From contig CAVNZM010000008.1 in NCBI GenBank assembly GCA_963693365.1, forward strand, positions 8,498,818 to 8,562,817: a DNA stretch of 64,000 nt. Reading direction: 5' to 3'. The notes under the pieces are model-generated. The model made no database searches, was not told where the DNA came from, and saw only the letters and a program-made list of their open reading frames with translations. The translations under genes and the position numbers were made by a program. Source of the stretch: Amoebidium appalachense. Its lineage: Eukaryota > Protista > Ichthyosporea. Below, in pieces: positions 1 to 28,756 of this stretch; the first letter of the stretch is position 1; every line of letters begins with the position of its first letter.

Positions 1-236
1 CCCCCCCCCCCCCCCCCCCCCCCTCCGGGCCCCAAACACACACACACACACAAACACACGCAAATGAGCAGTTTTCGATACTATATATGAGACGTCTCTT
101 ATACATGTACATATGCAAGGTCCGACCACTCGGAGACTTCAGCGCCGCGAACCCATTCCGTGGCATGCATGTACACACATACTACCGTACCGGGCAACAG
201 TCACACCATTTTATTATTAATTACTTGCACATGGCA

Positions 237-295
<59 letters not shown>

Positions 296-437
296 AAAAA
301 AACACACACACACACACATGTGGACATACACACACGTCACAACCACACACACACGACACGCACACACTGTGACACACCGTGATATGTACAGTACGTCACA
401 CACACTCCCCGGGGCCTCCCTCCCCCCCCGCACTGTC

Positions 438-475
<38 letters not shown>

Positions 476-514
476 AGCTCTCTCTCTCTCCCTCCCCCCC
501 CCCCCCCCCCCCCC

Positions 515-554
<40 letters not shown>

Positions 555-568
555 CCTCCCCCCCCCTC

Positions 569-630
<62 letters not shown>

Positions 631-670
631 CCTCTCTCTCTCTCTCTCTCTCTCTCCCCCCCTCTCTCTC

Positions 671-707
<37 letters not shown>

Positions 708-1251
708 TCTCCCTCTCTCCCTCCCTCCCTCCCTCCCTCCCTCCCTCCCTCCCTCCCTGTCTCTCTAGGATTGTGACTACTATCACATTGACCTATTTAA
801 AATTATATCAGCATCACCACATGCCACCTCTAAATGGGTCTCTCTTCTGACAGTCTGGCCATATGCATAACGGGAGTCTTCGGAAACCTCGGGTGTATCG
901 GTGTACCGTGATCTGATTGGCGCCTTTTTCCCTGCAGGCTAGCCTGCGCGCGGATCTTCCACGAAAACGTAATATTTGTACAATATTAGCTGAATATATT
1001 ATGTCTACTAAAAAAACACTGCACCTTTATTTTCGTGTAGTAACGTGATAGCTAATATTAGGTGTGGCGTGCGTTAGGAACTGTAGCTATAGGTGCAGGT
1101 AGGAGCATGCATGCAGTGGCTGTGTGTGACACTGTGCTCAGTGGCTGATCACATACTGTAGACTGCGGTAGCCCGGGGTGCAGTCAGTGACCGTTGCGCC
1201 AGATTTCTCATCGTGCGGCCCGCTACATTGCCCCAACGGTTGACTTTTAAG

Positions 1252-1258
1252 TATAAAA
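1252..1258 (+). promoter_or_regulatory. Possible TATA box (TATAAAA) upstream of the RING-TLDc gene
   Basis: gTATAAAAgg in non-repetitive sequence about 380 bp upstream of ATG 1630. Motif match only. Confidence 0.3.
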
Positions 1259-1629
1259 GGGACAGCGAAGATTATTTCGTGACAGCCCTTCATTACCCGC
1301 TAATCTAGCTAGGCACTCCGGCGTTTCCTTTTGTCCCCTTCCTCTAAATTTCCTCACCAAGTTTCTTTATATATATCCTTTCCCCGTCTCACACGCTAAG
1401 TGCACGTTTCTTTTTCCTCGTTGACCTCCTGTTACAGTACTGGTGCCATGTGCACGCAAAGCTCGCTGCTCAGGCTCCTACATGCCAGCACATTATTAGT
1501 ATATGCACGTATACACTTATTACTACACAGTGAGATACCGTATGGTAATTAACTGGCAGCGGTACCGTGAAATATGCGCATGCACAGCGGCACACATCCC
1601 AAGTAATACCTCCATTGACTACGGTTATT

Positions 1630-2810
1630 ATGGACCTAAACAGCTGCCCAATGTGCCACAACACCTTCAACCGCAACTTCGACAGCCAGACTTGGCCTCG
1701 TGTGGCCATGTTTTGTGCTCTCCCTGTCTCGAGACGTTGCCCGAAAGCGGTGTATGTTGCCCTGTGTGCAAAACTGAGCTTCCAAAATGCACAAACACGA
1801 CTCGGAGACAGGAAAAGGCGACAACAGCGGCGTGGTGGTGCGTGCAACACAAGGACTACGTGGAAACAGAGGGCATCACCACAAACGGAACAAACGGAGC
1901 ATGTTACGAGCATGAAAAATGTGAGGTAAAGCCGGTCGCCGTCATCGACCGAGAAGTGGAAGACCTGCTCAAACACGCGAGAGTGCTGCAGGAAAAATCT
2001 CTGGAGGAAGAAAAACGAATTCTTGAAGTTATGGACAAGGTGAAGGAAGGGGTGGTGGGGGATATCACAGAAAAACGAGAGGCGATGGGCATCATCAATC
2101 TGGGGGTGTGTGCGGAGGAGCAAAGAAAGCACATCGAAAGCCTACCCCGGGCACAAACGAAAACGTGGGAGACCACCAGGTCCTACGAAGACTTTGCTGG
2201 TTTTCTTCACATGCGGGTGTTTTTGGAATCCACGCTGATGATGTCATCTGCTTGGGCGTATTCCACCTCCATATGGAAAGCAATAAGCGACAACAATATC
2301 ATTTCCCGTGGCAAGAATCTCGAAGATGTAGCCCAGAAGCGCCGGCCGTTCCCTCTGCTCTATCGTGCGTCGAGAGATGGATGGGGTGCATCGAACTGCC
2401 ACAAAAAATGCGATAACCAGGGGCCTACTCTTGTCATTGTGAAAACCACAGATGGAAGCGTATTTGGTGGCTGTATAGCATGTTCCTGGAACACAAGCGG
2501 GCGATACCAACACGGGAAGGCTTTCATGTTCAGCCTTAGACGGCCGTCTGGTGGGAACCCGGTTATCCTCAACAAAAAACAAAAAACAGGATCCATTTAC
2601 TGCAGTAGTGCATATGGTGTCGTATTCGGAGCGTATGAGGGGTAACGGCTTTTATATTTCGGACAAAGCAAACCTATCGGCGAGCAGCCAGGCCAACCTT
2701 GGCAATAGCTACAGTTTGCCTGCGGACTATGAGGGTGTCGATGGTTCAAGCTACCTGGCGGGCTACGCAATTTCACCGTCAGTGAGATTGAGGTTCTGCA
2801 CCTACACTGA
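1630..2810 (+). pseudogene. Intronless RING - degenerate B-box/coiled-coil - TLDc domain gene with three frameshifts (pseudogene or indel errors)
   Basis: ATG 1630 gives MDLNSCPMC (first RING pair). A frameshift near 1678 joins it to LRQPDLASCGHVLCSPC...CCPVC (rest of the RING). TLDc motifs follow: LLYRASRDGW, FHKKCD-like CHKKCDNQGPTLVIVKT, VFGG, AFMFSL, YGVVFG. Further frameshifts near 2642 (NGFYISDKANL...NLGNSY...YLAG) and 2768 (NFTVSEIEVLHLH*, TGA ends 2810). Confidence 0.8.
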
Positions 2811-3840
2811 GTGCAAAGAGCGTCGTGTTTGTCTGGAGGTTGTGTGATCTTCGGTCAGTACATATACTGCATACTAGGGTGTTGTGTGCCAGTGGTCAAA
2901 GGCACTGTACGTTTTGCTGAGTTTTCATTTCTTTTCAATTTTCTTGTCATGGTACCTTGTCCTTACCTGCCGCTTTGTTAAAACTGCAACATACTAGAAA
3001 GGCCTTTAAAGTACCTCCCCAACCAAAGGTATTAGAGAGCAGGGCCAGTGCTTACCGTCATACGAGTCATACGCGTACGTAGATTTAGACCGTGTTACAT
3101 TTTACCTATTTTATCCTGGACTATGTACCACCGGGAGGGGGGGGGGGGGGGGGGAGGGGGGGGGGGGAATGGGAGAGTAGTTGTTGTTTTTGCTCTTGTT
3201 GTGGGAGCTAAGCCTTTTTTCTGTTGTATATTCACTAAAGATTACTCTCTATTCTTGTGAATTGCGGAAACATTCACTTGAACTTCGAGGTTTACTCTGT
3301 ATTCTTCTGAATTACACAGCACGCTGCAATATTGCCAGCGGTGCAATGCACACCGCTGTGGCGGCATTTTTTCACCAATGTTGAATGCATATGCCACCAA
3401 CTTTTCGGATAGTAAAAATCATCGTTGAACGTGCTTCCATTCAAAATTTCCATGGGCTGATCGGGCATCTCTCAATCCCCCCTCTCCCCCCCCCCTACAC
3501 TCCCCCCCCTCGCCCCTCCCACCTCCCCCCTCTACCCCTCCTTTTCGCCCGCCCGCCCGCCCTCCCACCTGCCCGCCCCAGCCCCAAACATCCCCCTTCT
3601 TCATTGCTGCCAACCACTCAGAAAGTGTGCATGCTGTGGCATTGTTATCATGAGACGCATTAAGATGGAAGTGGTGGCCTGAGTGTTCCATCGGATAGTG
3701 TGTAAAAATTGCGGCGGCCACACACACATACACACGCCCGCACGCAGGCGCGCGTGCACACACACACACTCACTCACACACACACACGCGCGCACGCACG
3801 CACGCACACACACACATACACACACATGCAGATGCACAGA

Positions 3841-3931
<91 letters not shown>

Positions 3932-3959
3932 TGGCACACAGACGGGCACACACACAGAC

Positions 3960-4002
<43 letters not shown>

Positions 4003-4556
4003 CCTATACACACACGCACACACACACGCACACGCACACACGCGCCGGGCACATGTGTGTGTGCCGCGAAAGCATACGCCCACACGCAAGAGCACACTGT
4101 ACACACACTAAGTTCATGTCTCCACACAGTGCACTGGTGTCGGCCACACCTATATGCACCTATTAGCATCACACGACACACTAGGACATCAACAGAAAAA
4201 ATCTAGATATTGTGACTTATCATATTGACAGGAATCCTTGTTAATCCACTAATCGTGCTGAGTCATGCGATAATACTGCGGCTCTCTTACCAACTTTCCA
4301 ATTCATCGTGCAGATGAGAACCGTGCCATCTTTTCAGGTATGAGGTAGCCTCCCCTTCTTCCCCACTCCCCCCCCCCCCCCCCCTCACCCTTTTGTGGCC
4401 CCCCCCTCCCCCCCCCTCCCCGCCCCTCACACACACACACACATACACACACACACCGTCACAAAAACACAAGCACACACAAACACACACACACACACAT
4501 AAGACACATGCATACACAGAGACGCGTGCGTGGGCGCACACATGCACTCCCGCACA

Positions 4557-4612
<56 letters not shown>

Positions 4613-4695
4613 TGCACGCACGACGTGTGCACATGTATTTGTGTGTGTGTTGGGCGGTGGGGGGGAGGAGAGAGAGAGGGGGGGGGGGGGGGGGG

Positions 4696-5044
<349 letters not shown>

Positions 5045-5274
5045 TAAGTGTGTGTGTGTGCACGTGTTTGTGTGTGTGTCTCTCTCTCTCTCTCTCTCTA
5101 TGTGTGTGTGTGTGCAAGCGCGCACGCCCGGGCGTGTGTATGTCTGCATGCGCATGCGGGATCCGCAATTCAAAATCAAAACTTGGCAACACAAGCCAAG
5201 CGTTCTCAATGGGCTGAAAAATTTGGCGACTACTCAGCGGTCTCATAAGAAACAGTAACCGTACCACCTACTGT

Positions 5275-5312
<38 letters not shown>

Positions 5313-5852
5313 CCAACCAACCAACCAACCAACCAACCAAAAAAAAAAAAAAAGAAAAAAAAAAGAAAAGAAAGAAAGAAAGAAAAAAAGAAAAAAAGAA
5401 AGAGCAAAAAAAAAAGAAATACAAACTTTCTTCTACATAACTCAATTGAAAGCATGGTAAGATATGCCCACTTGAAAGTTTTATATTGGAAGCCCACCTG
5501 GAAATTTTATATTCTAATGAATATATTTTCGAGATCAAACGTACAATAATAGGCTGCTCAGATAACTGCTACTAATATTAGTAACCGTCACCAGCCTGAG
5601 TTTTATTAGAGTGCACCACAGAGTCTGGATCTAGTGCCTGGTGTGTCACCAATCAGAGACCTCTGTTCATATACTTCTTTGTGCCCTTGCGTGTGTCTCG
5701 TTTGTTCATATTTTCGGAGTATGGCATGAAAGCCATTGCAAAACGGTTGAACTCATGGGCCAGCCGTGTAACAATCTACCCATCAACGTCGCCACATCAT
5801 CACCGTAGCCCAGTGTTTTACTAGACTCTATAGACTCTACATCAATCGAGCC

Positions 5853-5886
<34 letters not shown>

Positions 5887-6360
5887 GAGGTTATCAGCAG
5901 TACGGCTGCCTGACTGGGCCCGAAAGCTCCTATTTCATAATTATGAGCAAGGGAATACGATAGCCATCCCCCCCCCCCCCCCCCCCCCCTCCCCCGGCCC
6001 TTTCAATAACCCCCCCCCCCCCATGGTCACTGTCGCCACCCGCTCACACATAACCTAAGTTCTGTGCGCGTGTACGCGCGCGTGCGCGTGTGTGTGAGGA
6101 ACGGAGGGTGTGAGGGTGGACGGAAATGTGTCTGTTATAGGGCATATAGATAATGGTGTTACATTTCAGAGGCCAATACTCATTGCTAGAATAAAGAAAA
6201 GAAACATAAAAGGGACATACGCATAGCATTCGGTATTCAAGTGCCCGGCAGTACAATTCTGAGTTTAGTGGATTGACCCATATTTCCATACACGAGCTTC
6301 TGTAAGGTACAAAAAAAATAACCATTACGATACAGTGCTGCCTGTGTGTTGTGTGTGTGT

Positions 6361-6458
<98 letters not shown>

Positions 6459-6465
6459 TGCGTGC

Positions 6466-6548
<83 letters not shown>

Positions 6549-6957
6549 CGTGCAATTGCTCTTAAATTACAATGGGTCCAATAATCATGCCTCAAGGTTT
6601 ACACCCCGTAACGGTTTGTGCTATATTCTTCATAGTACATTCGACAGCCAAAAACCTACCAACCTACGGTAACACATTCGAATGGTGATGCTAGGTAGGC
6701 ATAATTTGCATTTCATTCACGGCAAGGTTTATCACACGTACACCTTCATGCGTCCAATAAAGCATGACGTGTTCCATCTATAATATCTTTTGGGGGTTTG
6801 CGCACTATTTATTGCTGGGGGCATCGACTCTTGTGCAGCCAATAACAACAGCAACACAATACAATATACCTAATACATTTAAAACAGATGACCAATAATA
6901 CAATACATTTATAAAAGGATAACCAGAATGCCTACGCCATATTTAGATATCACTTAT

Positions 6958-7848
6958 CTAACAAGTAGATATAGTGTTGCCATTTCTTGCACCACCCGTT
7001 TTTTTCATCACCGACCTTATCCACGGAATGTACTTGGACACCGACGTATACACACTCAACTTCATCTCTGGTCCCTTCCCGCTATTTTTAGTACAACTCG
7101 AAGACGTCCCAAGGCTCATCACACCAACTTGGCATGCGACTCCTTCTTCCTTCTCTTCAAAAAGCGCGTCCCCACTATCCCCCTTACACGCATCCTTATC
7201 AATTCCTCCGGCGCATATTTGTGTTTTGGGGTTGAGGGTTAACCATACCCCGTCCTCGCATGTTTGCACGGGAAGCGCATCTAGATTCACTTTTTGCAAT
7301 GTGCGTGCCGGTCTTCGTGGGTAGTCCTCGGTTAAACCGAAACCATACAGTGTTAAAGCCGTGTCTACTTCCGGGTCCGGACCATCGTTTAACTGCGCAA
7401 AGGATGCCGCTGCCACCGGCGCATCTAATTGAATAAGCTGTATGTCGTTTTCAAACTCGAAATCAGGGTGCAGGAAAAGGTTCTTCACCCCACGGAAAGT
7501 AAAAGAACTGGGTGAAAAAAGGGATGAGCCCCCAACACCCACTTTGTGTGACTTGGTGACTTGGCAATGTGCTGCAGTTAATACCCACAATGGCGCAATA
7601 AGTGAGCCTCCACACAGATGTTGCCCTCTGTCGCTCTGTATTGACACTATCCATGGGATGCTTTCTTCCACCGACTCACCTCCAAAAATCCTGTATTCGG
7701 GTATGATTTTCTTCTCTGTGGTTGAAACACTGGTTTGTGTGACGTTCTGCGAGTTGGGTGCGACGGGGGAGCAATAGGCGAGGTTTGTCGATGTGAGAAG
7801 TGGGAGCGTGGCGACGGCTTGTAGTAGGTAAAGAAAAGACGTGCTCAT
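6958..7848 (-). CDS. Secreted trypsin-like serine protease (S1A), intronless, 296 aa
   Basis: Hydrophobic signal peptide; R|IFGG activation site; HLCGGSLI; LTAAHC (His57); NDIQLIQL (Asp102); DACKGDSGD (Asp189, Ser195); YTSVSKYIPWI C-terminal motif. Confidence 0.95.
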   Translation of the reverse strand: MSTSFLYLLQAVATLPLLTSTNLAYCSPVAPNSQNVTQTSVSTTEKKIIPEYRIFGGESVEESIPWIVSIQSDRGQHLCGGSLIAPLWVLTAAHCQVTKSHKVGVGGSSLFSPSSFTFRGVKNLFLHPDFEFENDIQLIQLDAPVAAASFAQLNDGPDPEVDTALTLYGFGLTEDYPRRPARTLQKVNLDALPVQTCEDGVWLTLNPKTQICAGGIDKDACKGDSGDALFEEKEEGVACQVGVMSLGTSSSCTKNSGKGPEMKLSVYTSVSKYIPWIRSVMKKTGGARNGNTISTC

Positions 7849-9100
7849 GTTGAAAGATTTTCCGGATCCACTTTACAGACAGGCTAAGAAGGTTTTCACA
7901 AGGGGTAATATCGAAAGTTTTGTAGTAATTAAAGGTAAGATCTATTGAGTGTAACAGTTGTGGCGAAAGGGTTGAAGGTGTGGGTCATACACAGTTGCAG
8001 AGCGTGAGCTTGATTCAAGTTTGGACCATGCCATACAAATCACGCAACTTTCGAATGTACTGCAGGGTAAGAAAAATAGGAGATAAATGGTGGTGCCCGG
8101 TTACTATACACAAACGCTTTGGGGTAGGTGGACGACAGACTACAAAATCATGAGATGCTCAAAGATGCTCTTTGGCATTATTGTGCCGCCGGATATGCCT
8201 TTTTTTTTTGCTAAACAAAAACGCCAGATGCGTTGTGTAAAGAATGTGAGAAGTATTTGTAATGGAAATGCGCATGCAATACGAAAGCAGTGCTCTTTGA
8301 GCCAGTCAAGGAAAAAATAGAAATGAACACTCAAAAATGACTTATTGCCCGCGGTCACTCTACATAGTGTTCTGTGACAAAAATTGTTTTTTCCCTTCAT
8401 GGGGTTAGCATTCCTTGCGCCATCTGAACATTGTTGATTGGTTGCGGTTTTTTTTGGCTAATTCCTTGGAGTTTCACCGTTGGAATGTGATGATGATGGC
8501 CATTTTGACATCACACAAGAGGAAGAAATAAATAAATCATGGTTGACATCCTAGTAATAATATTGAGATATACGAATCAATTTTGGTGTCTGCTCATTTT
8601 TAGGACTAATGATTCCTCTATTTATGTGGCTTACTTTTCCAGGCTATGTTTATCCGAGCCTAATTCCTAGGTTTTTATTGCAGAAGTGCTGTAACCTGAT
8701 TGGCAAACATGCAACAGACACGATTGGTTCGGAACGCTTCGTGCTTATTTGATTGGCCGAGCTTTCCCGCCTAACGGTCACAGAATGGCTCAGTCACACC
8801 GTTGACGGCCGCGCGGCCGGGTGACGGGCCACTGACGGCTGCACGGCCGCGGCCGGTCACACTCGGACACGCGCATAGCACCTGCGAGTGTACTCATAAC
8901 AACGTGCATGCACCATAGCCCACAGGTACGCCCGAATACTTCAGCATGCATGGGTGGGTCAAACAGTCTAAATGAACGTCGAGAAAACAGGGTAACGAGC
9001 AGACGTCCCAAGCCAGACGCCGGCCTGGCTTGGGTCGCCCGCGGCGAAGTAATTATTCGAAAGGTCCTCGGGGGCTCCCGGGGGGGAGAGGTATGGTCAA

Positions 9101-9179
<79 letters not shown>

Positions 9180-9544
9180 TGCAACAACTTACAGCCTTAA
9201 GGGATTCTGGAAAAAAAATGGAGAACCTGAAGGGGCAGGGAGGGGGGAGGAGAGACAGAGAGCTCGAGCTCAGGGCCAGTAAGGGGGGGGGCCGGGATCC
9301 CCACGGAGGGGCTGGGGGCCGAGGGGAGAGATCGAGGGAGGAGGGAGGGGGGGGGGGCGGGAAGAGAGAGAGAGGGGGGGGGGGGAGTGAGGGAGGGAGG
9401 GAGGGAGGGAGGGAGAGAGGAGGAAGAGAGATAGGGAGAGAGAGAGAGAAGAGGCTGGGGGGACGGGGCGAGAGAGAGAGAGAGCTCGAGAGAAGTGAAG
9501 AGAGAAGGAAGGGGTGGGGGGCGCGGAGGGGTGGGGGAGAGAGA

Positions 9545-9610
<66 letters not shown>

Positions 9611-9971
9611 GAGGGAGGGAGGGAGGGAGGGAGGGAGGGAGGGAGGGAGGGAGGGAGGGAGGGAGGGAGGGAGGGAGGGAGGGAGGGAGGGAGGGAGGGA
9701 GGGGGGGGAGGGGGAGGGGAGGGGGATGGGGATGGGGAGGGGGAGGGGGAGGGAGAGAGAGAGTAATCTGGCACATGCCGGTGCTGGCGCATGCAAATGG
9801 AGTGAATTGGATTTAACTGTTACAGGTGTTGTTGGGCCACTTTTGTACTTATCCTTTATTTGCACTACACATTGTCTAAAGAATCTACCCAGCGCCAAAC
9901 TTCTGTTGTAAGGGCACACCGTCAGTGACTGTGTCTCTAAAACCACGGCATATGTTTTTCCATCACGGTGG

Positions 9972-10018
<47 letters not shown>

Positions 10019-10632
10019 CGGTGTATGTGCACTTGTGTCACCGGGAATCCATTCACCCTACACGGCCGGGTGGCACGATCACATGCCCAACGTGCAAACG
10101 TAAAAATAACCCAAAAAAGGAACTCGTGTCCATGGGTATATCCAAATATTCATTCCCGCATTCATATCTGATTCAAGCCATTCACACATACGATAAACTA
10201 ATAGGTTGGAGGTTCTAGGCTACATTGTCAAATATTGTTATGTACAATAGCACACCACACGGTCCCACAAGCCTGCCTGAAACGTAGTACTACAGAACCG
10301 TACAAGTTTACTCAAACCCCTTCCCCCCCCCTTCCCCCCCCTCCCCCTCTCTCCCACAAGCACAGACCCACAAGTCCACCCCCCCGCCCGCCCGCGCACC
10401 TGCCCCCGCCCGCCTGCCCCCTCCCCCCCCCTCCCCGTCCCCCCCCCCCCCCCCTCCCTCCCCCTCCCCCCCCCCCCCCCCAAAACAAACAAACCCACAC
10501 ACCCCTTTCGGTGGTGGTCCCTTGAAACACCAGGGAAGCAATAAATAAGCCAACAATATCCACTAACCATCACCACGAGCGTGTCTATATATGTTTTCGA
10601 CACTTTACCCGCAGCATATCTGCCCCGTGTTT

Positions 10633-25239
<14,607 letters not shown>

Positions 25240-26455
25240 TTTGATATCACCGCCTAATTAGCGGACGTATAAGCAGATTCATAAATGCCTAGTTGTTCCC
25301 CTTGATTCTCAAACGGGAATGGGCTGCTTACTTTCAAAGTGAGTGCTGTTTACACTGCCAGATGAGATCCAAAAAAGGCAAAAAGCGAGCAGGGAAGAAC
25401 TAGACCAGCAAACGTTGTCCAAGCTGTCTACTTTCTTCGGGTTCAAAAACTAGTATAAATGATATGACACACCAACTAAGTACTCTGGATCTTTCAAGAT
25501 GAGTAGCTGACCGAGTAGATGGGTGGTTCGGGTTTGGACGGGTGTGTGACTAAGTTAGTTGTCGACGCTAAACTGCCTGAACAAACCGTTTGGATGTTTC
25601 TGCAGCACTGTACTGATAAAACAAATCCTCTTCGCAACACCGAAACTATGATAAAAGGACTTGCTGCCCGAAACCACGAAAACACATCCGTTTTCCGGCC
25701 ATCTCTCCCCTGCCCAACTGCACTTCGAAGTTTCCGAGCTCGAGCGCGTTGCTCTTTGTCACGGGTGGAGTAGGAGTTGCTACGCTCAACAACCACATGA
25801 CAAATATCCAATTAAAACTCTAAAATAGATAGAGTTTTTTGAAATCTATTTTTAGGTTCTATTTTAGGCAGGTATAAATAGAAAAAAAGGTAAATAGCAG
25901 TATGCAGAAAAGGAGATATCGCAGATATCTCAAAGAGACGACTGACGTAGGCGAGTCGCTCAAATAAAGTACATGTGGAGGTAGACTCGCAGATACATAC
26001 ATAATACCCAAAAATTCATTTGGTCAAGTAAAGAAAAAAACAAACACTAATTTTTTCGTTCTGTTTTGTACACCGTGCATGTGGTTGTGGCGCTGCAAGG
26101 CCTCCGAGATACAGTTGTATCTAGGAGGCCTTGGGCGCTACGCTTTCGCGTTGCTTTTGTTCGACGGCCACGGCGACATCAAAGCACCTATATAGGAAAC
26201 AGCACTAAAACACACCAAATTACTTCCAACTCCATTCTTTGCCTCATTCTCGAGGATCCGGGCCGGATCCCGGCACATTAATATTGCCGAACGCTCAGGC
26301 ACTTATCTGAGTGCACCGGTAGTGCGAGCTCCTATACACGGTGTTCCTTGAGCCTTCCGTAGCAACCTTCGTAGTTCCCTTTCAATCATAATAACTGCAC
26401 ATCGCATCATCCCATTTACAAGTTCCACCACCATCTGCCCCCTGCCTCCCCCTCC

Positions 26456-26493
<38 letters not shown>

Positions 26494-26699
26494 ACCACAC
26501 ACACACGTAAACAGACACCCCACCTCACCCACTTAACTGCCACCCTCCTCTCCCACCTTCCCTCCCCCCTCCCCCCTCCCCACTCCCCAGGGGCGCATGC
26601 TCTTCTCTATCCGACCTGTCCCCTCCTCACCTCTCCCCTCTTTCCTTCCCTCTCTCTCTCCTTCTCCCCCGGGCACAAATACAAATAAACCCCGCAAAA

Positions 26700-27270
26700 G
26701 TGTGCGTGTGACTTTGGACTGCCACTTACTTATCAAACACGTACACAATCACAAGAAAATCACGCAATATAACAAATGGAAAAAGATACCGCACGACACT
26801 AGACCCGATGAAAGCAGACACCTTGAAAAACTAAGCTTTATGTCTCGTTTTATTTATAATGACCGCCTCACATTGCCAAATATGACACTCGCAAATGTAT
26901 AACACCTAACTGATACATATTACCTTCCTGTAGAACTGGTCTTTCTCTAGCTGACGGTATTATTGATCAATTACCACGCTTTTACTGTACACGTGCTATA
27001 CAGTGGAGATCTAATGAGTACAAGGTGGCATCGTTTGCATGCCCAAACAACACACACACACACCAGTTTAAACGGTCATGTATCGCCAAAAGTAGTTTGA
27101 TAGACCACATAATACCGCAACACACACACGTCACATTCACAACAGACACCCAGAAAGATAGCCTACCTGTAAATTACAACATCCTTGATTTTATACTAAA
27201 CACGCGTAACTACGACCTGTTTATTAGATGTATTGATTGGCTTGAGAAACACATCACTACAAAATTCTAG
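26700..27270 (+). mobile_element. Degenerate LINE ORF2 C-terminal relic followed by (CA)n
   Basis: Translation LPSCRTGLSLADG...AIQWRSN...QFKRSCIAK...VNYNILDFILNT aligns by eye with the 45169-45900 LINE tail ISPAVRMDTTLVD...VVQWRCN...LFNRKHVDRC...NVNT*DFLLNS. Confidence 0.55.
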
Positions 27271-27273
27271 CGC

Positions 27274-27336
<63 letters not shown>

Positions 27337-27364
27337 CCAGCTGATACCGAGTGTCCCAGGGGAG

Positions 27365-27404
<40 letters not shown>

Positions 27405-27440
27405 ACCAAAAAAAAAAAAAAAAAAAAAAAAAAAACAAAA

Positions 27441-27636
27441 AAAAACGGGGGACCTCAACTAAATTGATTTTTCTTAGTCTTTATGGTGTCTCGTAGAGAA
27501 AGTAAACCCTGATATATAGTCATCACCCGACATCTATGTACGTGATCATGATATACCGCTGAGGGGATATTCCGAGCAAAAACCCCCCATACCTGAGACT
27601 GGTCTCTCTTTGCCTCGAGTAAACGGCGTAAACCCC
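27441..27636 (-). mobile_element. ~200-bp SINE-like element, copy 1
   Basis: Near-identical reverse complement of 52441-52641. Confidence 0.85.
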
Positions 27637-28545
27637 AACCCCATCCCGCCATCCCTCTCCGTTCCCTCCTGCAATGAGTGTCCTTCGCACTTTCAACTCT
27701 TTTCCTCATTCCAACGCCCCTTCCCGGCTGTAATTCACTCACTTGACCCGTTTCGTGTGTGTGCGTTCGTGTGCACGTGGGGTGTGGGAGGGAAAAAGGT
27801 GGGCTTCTGGAAGGGTAGCGGGGGGGAGCGGGGGAGAGGGGAGGGGGGAGGAGGCGTTGTTTTAGAAAGCCATATGTGTGCCGATACATGACCATGTGCA
27901 TATGTATGCTAAAGTACCTGCCTGTTTGCCTGTACCTTTTTTGCTATACGTGCTGTTACTATGTACACAAACATTCCGCATTCTTGATGTGTGTGTGCTG
28001 CAGCAGTTTCTATGATTTTTGGGAACGTCACCTATGTAGGCACAACATGATGTACCTAAGGTCACAAGAGGACTTCGTGTGTACGTGTATGTTTTTCAGG
28101 TATGTAATAAGACACAGCCTTATGTGTGTGCGTGTTTGTGTGTGCGCGCGTGCTTGTGTGCTTACCCGTGTGTTTGTCGCGGCGTGTGTGGGTGTGGGGT
28201 GTGCTTATGCCTGTATGCCCTGGACGTGTGCGTGTTTGTGGGCATGCATGGGTGTAGAAGCGCATATATGCCTAATTGCATACCCGAGATTGGTCTTTTT
28301 TTGCAGGCATGTTCATTATTCTCTTATTATTCCTTTGAAACTAGTAGCACATCCTGTCAACAAAACGAAAGTAACCATGTCACGGTACTACAGAGCATAC
28401 ATAACTTTTTTAAAGATCGGCCTTACAAACACTTTTCATGGTCACCGTGCTCGTGTGGCTGCTGACTCACTTAAATTAAAACAACTGAATTCGCAGGTTC
28501 TCAAAGACCCGGAAAGTTTTTCACTGCTAATGCATTTACTGCAGT

Positions 28546-28581
<36 letters not shown>

Positions 28582-28619
28582 CCTCCCCCCCCCCCACAAC
28601 GCACAAACACACGCCCCCG

Positions 28620-28710
<91 letters not shown>

Positions 28711-28756
28711 ACCACCACCGCTGAGAAAGGTAAAACCATGCAAAATGGTGTGTAGT

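Noticed and set aside
5885-5966. Structured 80-bp island between C-runs with CTGACTG...GAAA
   Set aside because: The core deviates from CUGANGA, there is no NUH site, and it is single-copy in the window.
25494-25811. Short ORFs upstream of PMT
   Set aside because: No recognisable domain; most likely promoter or 5' region.
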